The notes under the pieces were generated by a model. The model did no database searches. It was not told the DNA's origin and saw only the letters and a program-made list of their open reading frames with translations. A DNA stretch of 64,000 nt from Vitrella brassicaformis CCMP3155 (taxonomy: Eukaryota > Protista > Chromerida): assembly GCA_001179505.1 (NCBI GenBank), contig CDMY01000376.1, forward strand, positions 124,001 through 188,000. The letters run 5' to 3'. A program made the position numbers and the translations under genes. Position 1 is the first letter of the stretch; the number at the start of each line of letters is the position of its first letter. Shown here piece by piece: positions 24,401 to 35,000 of this stretch.

Positions 24401-27080
24401 GATTTGCAGACCACCCCGTCACGTGAGCGAGAACGACACAAGGCGACTGCTAGCCAACCGGCGAGATCACCCCTCTTGTGTCGATGCCTGTGTGTGCAGT
24501 GAGCATGGAAGTCGCGGTTTTGAGTACGGGAACGCCACACAGACATTCGGCGACATAGATGCAGCGGGATCGACTAAAGCAACGCTCAACGCTCCCAGGT
24601 GAGACACGGAAGAAGGGAGGGGTGAACACAAAAATCAATCCTCCCTCTCCCTCTCTCTGTCTCTGTGTGTGTCTCTGTGTGCGCGTGTGTGTGTACGTGT
24701 GTGGCTTCCCTTTCTTCCACTAGGGGCATGTCCGCCTCCTCCACCCATGTATTTGTCGCCGACACCAACAATCACCGTGTTGTGGTCAGCCAACCGACGT
24801 GCACACAGCATGTGAAATGAATGTACCCATGGACGCTTGCACAAATGCAGGTTTTGCGGGCGAGCAATCTGACTTATGTCACCCAATATGGCTCCACGGG
24901 CCGCGCGCTCGCGACGGATTATGGCTTTGAGGAGCCCTGGGACACTCAATACATAAATGCACCGGAGCCCTGCCTCTACGTCACCGACAGGGAAAACGCA
25001 CGCATTATGGAGTTCAAAGTCAAGAACCTGTCTCCCGACGGCCGCGGGGAGATCATCACATGGCGACACATGACTGACACGGACTGCCCCGACGCCCTAG
25101 GGGGACCAGCCAACAGCAGGACGACAGACATCTATGAACTGCCAGTGTCACCACCACCAGGCGGTGTGGACTCGTACGTGACGGTGGACCAGTGCAAGAG
25201 CGCCTGCCACCACAACCCTCTGTGCGACTGCTTTTCGTACACCAAAACCGTCACGTGCCCCGGCGGGACGCCATGCGCCGACTATTACAAGGGCACTTGC
25301 ATGCTCAAACAGGGATGCTGGTATGTGTGAGGGCAGAGACAGTCAAACGCATGATATGTGTTTTGCTGGCTCTGTGTGTGTGCGTGTGTGTAGGGACACC
25401 GACAACGACTGTCCGAACCAAGGCACAGTCACCGGTATCGACATGTATTTTATTGAGCGGCCGGGCTCCCTGGCTTATGAGGGCCAAAAAAACGTCGGGA
25501 ATCGTCCCCTGCAGTTGGCCTGGTCCTACCCTTACCTGTTCGTCCTGAAAAACAACCGGGAAATCCGTGTGATGGATGTGAGCAATGGGCTTGGGCCTTC
25601 GACTGTCAGCGTTTTAGTCACAGTCCCTGGCGGTGGTATGCAAAGCACTTACCCACTTCGTCTGTCATTGCATTGTATGCGTGTTTTTGCCTGTCACACA
25701 ACTCCGTCATTTGTAGGGTTCGGCACCAACCTCTACGGCTTTTTCGTCCACGGGCCCTATCTCGTCCTTTCCTGTACCCAGGGTGGCAACGAGTACATCA
25801 TGACCATCCCCTTCACACACACCATCACACCGGATACTGTGTCTTTCGCTTTCGGCGGCAACCTGGATTCCGACAAGGATGTTGCTGGCGTGGTGAGAGT
25901 CGTCGAGGGCAGAGACGCCACGCTCACCCTGTCCAGTGTAGAGGGCCTCGAGGTCTTCCCCAGGAGCGGCCAAAATATGAACTATGTGACGCTGAGGGGC
26001 AAGCTCAACTTCGTCAACGCTGCACTTGACTCGGTAAGCGAGACGGCACATCACACATATCTGAATGTGTCTCTCATCATGTGTGGTCTGGCGGGAATGC
26101 AGGTGAGGGTCGAAAATTTCAAGGAGGACCGATATGTCATCGAGGCGTCCATCACATCCGACGACGGCGTGCTGCCGGGGGCATATGCATCCGCGCGAAC
26201 AACTATCGCCGTCGGCACGAAACGGCTCCTCGGGACGGCTGACTGCCCCATCCACGACAGCCTCGTCTGTGGCGGCCGCGGCGAGTGCCATCCCGTGACA
26301 CAAACGTGCGTGTGCGCCCACCCCTACACGGGCGGCAACTGCAGCGAGACACAATGCGTGCCGACATGCCAGAACGGCGGCATATGCGACCTGAACACGG
26401 GCACATGTACCTGCACTGGGAGCTTCAGCGGCGCTGCTTGCGAGGAGCTGGCCTGCCCCGTCGCCCCCGTCTCCGGCCTCGTTTGCAATGGCGCCGGCAC
26501 GTGCAACACGACCACCGGCGTGTGCATGTGCGAGTACCCCCACTTCGGCGAGATGTGTCAGTACACGTCCTGCCCCACGGCTGAAGTGATGGCATACGGC
26601 ATCGCAGCGACCGAGTGCGCCCTCCACGGCCGCTGCGACATCAGAAACGACACGATTGCCGAGTGTGTGTGCGACGTCGGCTGGTACGGCAGCGGCTGCA
26701 ACCACGCCATGTGCGTACACGGCAGGAGACAACAGTTCCAGATGGAAACTGGGGTGATCCCGGTACGAGGGGGTAGCATCGAGGCGGGGACGGTCGATGC
26801 CTTCGAGTGTGGCTTGGCCCGGGCTTCACGATGCGACCCCCTGACGGGCGAGTGCTTGTGCTCTGACCTACCACCGGGTGGCAGCGGCAGCCGTGCTTGC
26901 ACATATCACGAGTGCACTAGTGTGGGGGCTGACTTTGCGGGTCAGGAAACTGGGACGGATTGCGGGTGGAGCAACACGGATGGCGGGAGCTACTGCGACT
27001 TCACCAGTGGGCGGTGTATGTGCCAGCCGGAGGTGTCCATCAATGGCGGGGGCTTTGGGTGGAACTGCTCACAGACGTAG
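21435..27080 (+). CDS. Large secreted modular protein: signal peptide, repeated Ig-like modules, NHL repeats, a Cys-rich (PAN/apple-like) module, and C-terminal EGF-like repeats
   Basis: Signal peptide MMAAPLIIGALLLSLCRPASS. About six modules share a Y/F-x-x-C core (YGLCY, YYACF, NVCI, YGVCY, FRFCA, YRVCA), several followed by [IL]TV..I.P. NHL motifs HVFVADTNNHRVV and FEEPWD...LYVTDRENARI. Module VDQCKSACHHNPLCDCFSY. Tenascin-type EGFs (CGGRGECHPVTQTCVCAHPYTGGNC, CQNGGICDLNTGTCTCTGSFSGAAC, and others). No C-terminal TM seen before TAG at 27080. Confidence 0.78.
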
Positions 27081-27387
27081 TTGACTTTGGTGTTAGCTAG
27101 TCCTTTTCATGTGTGCCGTGTGACGGTGTCTCTCGGTGTCGTGTTGTGTGTCTTCTGCGACTTGTGCGGTAGTACTGGGGCTTTATTAGGTAGGTCTTTT
27201 GTGGGTGTGGGTGTGATCTGTGACCGACTCTCACATGTGTCTCGTGTACATTTTCTTTCAACGGCCTGGCCAATCCACTGTGGCACCCTGGTCTCTCACG
27301 CTCGCATGATATAAAGAGCAAAAAGGCTCACACCAAGACCCCGACACAAAAGACCCCTACTCCATCCATCCGATACTTCGTTTTCAG

Positions 27388-28876
27388 TCAACACTGGTTC
27401 GCCCCTTGCTGCCCGATCTGTGGCTGTGAGTTGCCGTTGCTCGTCTCGTGTATGGTGTCGAGCAATGGGGCACTTATCCTCTTCCTGAGATGCTCATTCT
27501 CCACCTCCAGCTTGTTGTTCTCCACCCTGAGCTCCTCCAGCACCTCCTTGAGTGCGTGCAGCTTCTCCTTGCCGAACTCATCCTGCATTATCGCTATGCC
27601 GTGTACCTGCACACGCACACACACACGCACACAGGCAGACAGCCATCGACACGTGCTGTGTATGTGTGTGCAGTGGCGAGCTGTGCTTACGATGCGGACA
27701 ATCCTCCACATCCGAACGACGGCAATCAGCGACCCTGATACACAGACAGCAAAGCAGAGAACCATTGGCCCTCCTGGCTGATGTGTGTATGTGCTATGCT
27801 GCCCCCCACCTACCCGCTGAGGGGAAGTATAGTTCTAAGGCGAGAGATGTTGGGGCCACCAGAAGATCCGTGACGTAGCCCAAGTGATAGAAGAAACGCC
27901 ACCCAAACGCCACCAAATGCAGCAACACATCCAAATCTGAGGGAGAACAGAGCACGTGTGACTGCAGCACACTGTGCGCGTGTATGTGTGTGTTCATCCA
28001 AGCCTTACTGAAGATGCACAAAATGGTTAGCCCGATGATGTGGAGCGTGTGCTGATGATCGAACACCCACACACACCATTCACAGATCCATCCATCCATC
28101 CATCCACACGGCGTCTTCTCACTTCCCACCTCTATCGTCTCATAGGTGCTGTGTCCCTCCCCATGTCCCTTCTCTCCGCCGTGTGCCAGCCCCTCCTTCT
28201 TGAAGGCGCACGCCCCCTCTCCCCCGAATACCCCCTCCAGCGCCAACAGCTCCAGCAGCACCACGATCACATCTATGCCCAGAACCGCGAGCATAAAGAA
28301 GATGTACACCCTACACACAGACCAGACGAACAAACCAGGACAATCGATGAAAGACCAACAAGAATGAGTGACCGGATGTTCGGCCCTTCACGAGCCACGC
28401 TCCTCACCTGGAGTCGAGAATGAGGGCCAGGCGTCCCCTCCAGTTGTTCTTCACACCATAACTGCACCAAAGTCGAGAGCAGCCACAACCAGACCAGGGC
28501 TCATGCAATCTCCCTTCCAGACGAGCGAGCAACGGCACTACCTACGTGCCAATGAGGTCGTGTGTGAAGCGCCGCTTGATTTGGAATGGCGGTGGCGGAG
28601 GCTCCGTTACCTCCTCAGCCAGGGCCTGAGAGGGGGAGGGGGCGGGCACAGTGCCGGTCTGTAGCGCGTCAAGGGCGGCAATACGCAGCGATATCTGGGA
28701 GATGGCCGAGTCCACGCGGATCTGCAGCTCTGACCTGTGAGTCAGTCAGCAGACACACACAGAGCCTGAATCGATGAATGACTTGAACGAATGAGGGTGG
28801 ACCTGGCGGAGTCGGCTCGCTGCGTCGCGTCTGCGGCATCTCTGTCAGTTGAGTAAGTGGGCGACTGTGCGCTCAT
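27388..28876 (-). CDS. HVCN1: Voltage-gated proton channel Hv1
   Basis: Spliced product has S0 WRGRLALILDSR, S1 VYIFFMLAVLGIDVIVVLLELL (Asp at 28271-28273), S2 ETIEHTLHIIGLTILCIFNLDVLLHLVAFG, S3 FFYHLGYVTDLLV, S4 VRMWRIVRIVHG (RxWRxxR at 27691-27714) and a C-terminal coiled coil KLHALKEVLEELRVENNKLEVENEHLRKR. No pore domain. Confidence 0.9.
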
Positions 28877-29081
28877 CTTTCTCGTGGGCCTGAGAGGGAA
28901 GGACAGACACAGGCGATGAGTGAATCTGCGGATCTCTCATGTAACCTGTCGAGTAATGGCTTCTGAAGATCCCCAGATGGCATATAGAAAGCCCAAGCTT
29001 CCTCCTCCTCACCCCTTGCGAGTTCACAAATGGCGAGCTGAAAAACAAACTTTCAAATCTGGCTGACGAAAGACAGGTGCA

Positions 29082-32000
29082 ATGCAGGCTCTCGACGAGC
29101 GTAACGCGACGAGAGCTTACGTCAAATGGATAGATGAGCAGCGCGAGGCGGCGGTGCGCGCAGACAGCGCCCTTGCTTCTCTGATCACGGCCGAGGAGCG
29201 GCTCACCTCGAGCTTCACCCGCTCGCAGAAAGCCACTTCGTCATGCACGGCCATCGACCTCAAGTGCCGCACTCAGCTGGACGGATGGACCAACCTGCTG
29301 CTCGACAGCGTGCACCAGTGGGTGGCGGAGAAGGGCTATCACGACAATCTGAAGCTCTGCTACACGGAGCTGCAGAAGGCCACACAGCCGCCCATTCCCC
29401 AGCGGCTGTCGGACGAGAGGCGCAAGTGTGTGGAGTTCGGCCAGAGGGTGGTCAAGGACATTGTGGCGGCCAGGCGGGCAGTGCAGTCGGCAAGGTCACG
29501 ATATGAGGGGGCCATCAGGGCGGCGGAGAGCGCCGCGATGGCGCGGGATAGGGCGAACGAGCAGGAAGAGACCGGCCCTGAGGGCCCCTCTCAGAGTGAG
29601 GATAGTGTTCGTTCATTCGTTCATTCATTCGCTGTGATGAATGGACGTCATCCATCCATTTGTTTGTTTGTTTGTTTGTGTGTGTTGTGTGTCTGACAGA
29701 TCTAGTGAAGCTGATAGCGAGGGCGGACAGCAGCTTCAAGGCCTACATCATGGCCAAGAGGGAATTCCACAGGGCAGTTGAAGTGCTCGCCAGGGCAGAA
29801 AACGACTTCCAGGTAGATAGGATCGATCCCATTTTGCCAATGAATGGATGAATGAATGAATGCACCGATTTATGGCGGTTGATTGGCTGCAGGTGCAGAT
29901 GGTGAACTTCCACCGGGAGTTTGGGGAGTTCTTCGTGCAGAGCATCCTCAAGGGCGTCAAGAGCCAGATACAGCTCTGCCTCCAGCACCAGAAAGTCATG
30001 CTCAAGGAAACCATGGAAAGGCACCAGTGAGAAACTATCAGCAACACACACACACGCACACGCACACACACACACACACACTGCTCGACACACATGTGCC
30101 TCCATGTGTGCTATGTGTGTGTGTCAGGGAGTCGTTTGCGGCCCTGTCATCGGCCGAGCGGGTGGAGCAGAGCCGCCAATTGACAGAGAGCCCCGACACA
30201 TCCAAGCCGACAGGCGGCAGGAAGGACGACGCCGACGGCGACCGGCCGCTGCCATCATCAGGCTCGGCATGCCTGTCGGTGCCCGTGAGCGACCCCAGTT
30301 CAGGAGGGTCGTCGCCATACGGCCCCTCCATCCTGCCGTCACAATTGCTGCCCCCGCCGCCAGCAGGGGTGTCCCCCAGCCCATCTGCTGTGATGCTGGC
30401 TGTGCCGCCCCCTCCCCCGCCACCCGACGGCAGTGTGGCCAGCAGCACCACAGACGAGGACTTCTTCGCTGTGGAACCTATCAGGTGCGCAGAGGGAGAG
30501 AGGGAGATCTTGAGATGGGTTGAGAAGATGTCACTTGTGTGTCTGTGTATGCATGGTGTGTCTCCTGCAGTTATGGGTCTGACGTGGGTCGGTCGCGGTC
30601 GCCCACGAGCACGTCAGAGAGGAGAAAGGCCATCGAGGTGAGTAAGCGAGCGCTAACCCTTTTGTGTGGTCATCTGTCTGTTGTTGGTGTTTGTCTGATA
30701 TTTAGATGACGTATGAGATCCGCATCAGCCACCTCGGAGACCGACGGAAGATACTCAAAAAAGTCCGTAACGCACCGCACCCACAGAGAGACAGACAGAC
30801 AGACCATTCGTGTACATGTGTGAATGGCAACGTCTTCAGGTGGCCGAGGCGCTCCGCCCCCTCGTGGAGGGCCTGCAGTCCTACAGCCGGCAGATCGGCT
30901 CCACCGCCTTCCCGGACACGCTGCTGGGCGGTGCTGGGAGGGTAGGCATGCGGGCCCTCAACGACGCCATACCCATGCTGTCGGCCTGCTTCTCGCAAGC
31001 CAAGGAGGCCATCGCCACTAAGGTGAGATGGCGGAGGGGAGGGGACAAGCAAACGCCAACGCCCTCCACTGAGTGCTTTGGTACTGTGCAGATGAGCCAG
31101 GAAATGGACAAGATCATCGAGGTGGGTGAGGGGTCGAGAGAATTCTCATGGTGCTCCCATTTGATTGATGTCCTTGCCGTGTGATGTCTGTGTGCATGTC
31201 TGTCTGTGCAGGAGCAGCGCGACGACCGCAATCGCATCATGGCCGACTTCAGGACGCTCTCACAGACCCTCAACCAGACCATACAACACGCCAGAAACAT
31301 CAAGGTATCCGCTCAGCCATCAACTTATCCATCCATCCATCCATCAAGCAACACTCTACCCCTTCCCTCCCTGCAGACGATCCGCGCGGACCGACGCCGT
31401 CTGTCCAGCGGCCCCACCGAGCCCTGCTCCACCACCGCCCGCAGCGGCAGCGACGGCAGCTCCCCTTCAATTATGTCGGCTGGGGGGGGTGGGGGCCCAA
31501 ACAGCCCCTCACTCTCACCTGACGCGCAACAATTGCACCAACAGCAGCAGCAGCAGCAGGGCGTTGGCGAGCTGTCCGAGAGCGATGTGCTCATGCAGGT
31601 GTGTTTTGGGGGTTGGAGGGGAGGGGGGGGGGGGGGGGGNNNNNNNNNNNNNNNNNNNNNNNNNNNNNNNNNNNNNNNNNNNNNNNNNNNNNNNNNNNNN
31701 NNNNNNNNNNNNNNNNNNNNNNNNNNNNNNNNNNNNNNNNNNNNNNNNNNNNNNNNNNNNNNNNNNNNNNNNNNNNNNNNNNNNNNNNNNNNNNNNNNNN
31801 NNNNNNNNNNNNNNNNNNNNNNNNNNNNNNNNNNNNNNNNNNNNNNNNNNNNNNNNNNNNNNNNNNNNNNNNNNNNNNNNNNNNNNNNNNNNNNNNNNNN
31901 NNNNNNNNNNNNNNNNNNNNNNNNNNNNNNNNNNNNNNNGGGGGGGGGGGGGGGGGGGGGGGGGGGTGAGTGAAGTGCACATGATGCTGTCTGTCTGTCT

Positions 32001-35000
32001 GTCTGTGTGCAGGAGATATCAGAGTGCATCCAGAGTGCCGAGGTGTCGTTCATCAACAGCCTCTCACAGAGGGTGCAGGAGCTCGACGTGTCAGAGGTAC
32101 ACACGTGCAGATCACTCGTGAAATGGCCACATGCCCACGCATCCTGAATGAATGCACTGACGGCGTCACTGTCTGTCTGCTGCAGCGGGGTCGCTACCTC
32201 CGGGCCATCACGAGTTTCAAGGAGGGCCATCGGCAGATGGTCAACAGCTTCAAGAGCGCCTGGAGCGTCATGAGCGACGCACTTAGACACCTCGAGACAC
32301 TCGACGTCGACAGAATTTACACGTGCGTGACGCCCCCGACACACACACACACACACCCACACACACACGCGACACCTTCATTAGTCCTCTGTGTGTGTGT
32401 GGGTGTGTGGGTCCGTGGTTCAGTGATTGGCTGCACACGCATCTGCTGGCGCCCTCCTCCCTCCCCTCTCTCCCCCACGGCGCCTCATCCCCGCCATCAG
32501 CCACACGACGCAAGAGCTCAGGCGAGCACCAACACCACCCACGCCCATACCCGTACAACCACCACCACCACCAGCAGCAGCACCAGCAAGAGCACCGGCT
32601 CGGCTCTCAGACGTCATTCCTCACAGCTGACGACACACAGACACCGACATTGGCGCAAACTGAGCTGGAGAGGCAGCCGTCTGCCGGTGCTAGAACGGTG
32701 TTCCGCAGGTGGGAGGCGGACCAAAACGACGAGAGAGAGGAGGAGGGAGAGAAGGAGCCGAATGCTCATCATCAGAGGGAGATGGAGAGGCGGCACTCCA
32801 CCGGCTCTTCATCGTGCGACGACGGCGGGGCGCCCTTCTACTCGCCCGAGAGCGGCTCCCTGGAGGTGCTGCCCCATGCAAACGAGCACGAGCCGGACAG
32901 CCCCACGGCCATCTCAGAGCGGGCCTTCCCCTCTCAGCCCCTCACGGACACCCCCTTCCACTCTCTCAGCGAGCGCGCCATCCCCACCGCCGAGCTGATG
33001 GACGACAGGGCATACAGAGACCGGGAGAGGCGCCTGTACTCTCACCCAGAGCTGCCGATCGTGCCAAGAAGGAAATCTGAGGACACGTTCGAGGCTGACG
33101 GAGGTGGTGGTGGGGGAGGTGATGGTGAGGGGAGCGGTGAGGGTGATGACCCCCCCGAGCCCTTCAGGCCCCGCAGCATGAGTGAGCAGGAGAGGTCGCC
33201 GTCCAACCCCGACTCCCCCTGGAACCGACGCACCGGCATCTCACCCGCAGAGAGGGAGAGGGAGCGGCTCAGCGGCTCGCGAGACGGCCTCCCCTTCCCC
33301 GCGCCGGCCACCTCAGACACACCCACACCACCCACGCCAGAAACACCTGGCGAGAGCAACAGTGATGGACACGCCCAGTCGGTGCGCAAGTCGGCCCCGG
33401 CAAACACGCTCCTGACGAGCGTGTCCCTGGACCCCTGCAAGCCCACCCCTCAAGTCATCGGGCGGTCGACCAGCTCACCCATGGTGTCCTATGATGGCGA
33501 GCCACTCGTCCTTATAAGAAAGGAGTCTTCCCGCCACAGCCACAGCCAGAGAGAGGACGGTGAAAGGGAGAGGGAGAAAGAGAGGTTTGCGCGGCCAGAG
33601 GGTGTGGCGGGCCCGTTCTCCCTGGCCGGGTACCCTGCTGCCAACGATGTGAGTGTGCCTGAGAGCGGCATGCTCGAGGCGGAGGAAGAGAAAGTCAAGT
33701 TCACCGTGCGGGCCGTCAAGCCGTTCGCGAGCGAGGATGGGGAGTTTCGGTTCAAAGAGAACGACATGGTGAGTGAGAGACGGAGGGGGGGGTGAATGTG
33801 TGTGCACACACTGTGTGTCTGCTGTCTGTCTGTCATCAGGTGTCTGTGACGGTCCCTGTGGGAGAGACATGGGAGGGCCTGACGAGTGACGGCGTGCCAG
33901 GCAGCTTCCCCGCCAAGTCAGCCCTGCCACTGGCACGCACACACACGCTCACACGCACACACACATGCACCTGTCTCTGTATGTGTGTCGTCCATCTGTG
34001 CATCAGCTGTGTGGAGGTGCCTGCCGACACCATCTGGGCGCAGGGCGTGCTCGAGCCAGAACCGGCGCCAATCGACAGATTCTTTCAGGCACGAAAACAC
34101 CCCTCCACACCACACCACCTCCCCACGCGCCCACACACACATGTGTGTCTGGTTAGGATCTGTTTGGGACCGGCAAGAAGCCCTTCATCCCCAACGCGAG
34201 CAGCAGCAGCCATGCCGCGCAGGTCACCCCTCCATCCGCCACACAGTCCTCGCCCGCACGGGACGATGCCAAGCGAACACACATGAGCGGATTTGAGCTA
34301 GGTCACTAGCCCACCCACCCCTCCCAGCCCCCTCATCCATCCAACCATGTGTGTGTGTGTGTGTGTGTGTGTGCAGGGGAAGGTGTGGATGCGCTGAGTC
34401 CGTTGAGTGACAGCCGTGGTGGTGCTGGTGGTCACGATGCTCATGGGCAGCCAGCACGGAGTGTGTCGCTGCACTCCCACACGGAGAGCCTCGACGGCAC
34501 CAGCGCCGTCACCGCCGTGGGCGTCATGTCGTCAGCAGAGGACGAAGAATTCCGAATGAGGTAGAAGCCATGCTAACACAAACCTTCCTGCAGCTGGATG
34601 GATGGATGGTGTGTGTCCGATCCGTGTGGGTGTGGCAGGTTTCACGTGGATGGCAACGTGGTGCAGTCCTATGCGTGCGCTCTCAACCGGAAGATCCTGC
34701 TGCAGGGCCGGATGTACATCACTCGGGACCACATCGGGTTCTTCTCCATCTTCAACGACAACACCCTCTTCGGCGGCGACACCGCGGTGCTCATCCACTT
34801 CAACGACGTCGTCGCCATCACCAAGAAGTGGAACGCACTCATCTTCCCGAACTCAATCGAGATCGAGCTCGCCGACGGCACCGCCCACTTCTTCGCCTCG
34901 TTCATGACGCGCGACCGGGCCTATGACCTTCTCACCCAGATATGGATGGGCAGACAGACCGTCAGATTGGTAAGCGAGCACCCCATAGCACGTCCATCTG

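Noticed and set aside
25707-26732. 341-aa ORF on the - strand
   Set aside because: Antisense shadow of the EGF-repeat exon.
31624-31966. Long G/C homopolymers beside most N gaps, as possible G-quadruplex elements
   Set aside because: Best explained as sequencing drop-out causing the gaps; true lengths are unknown.
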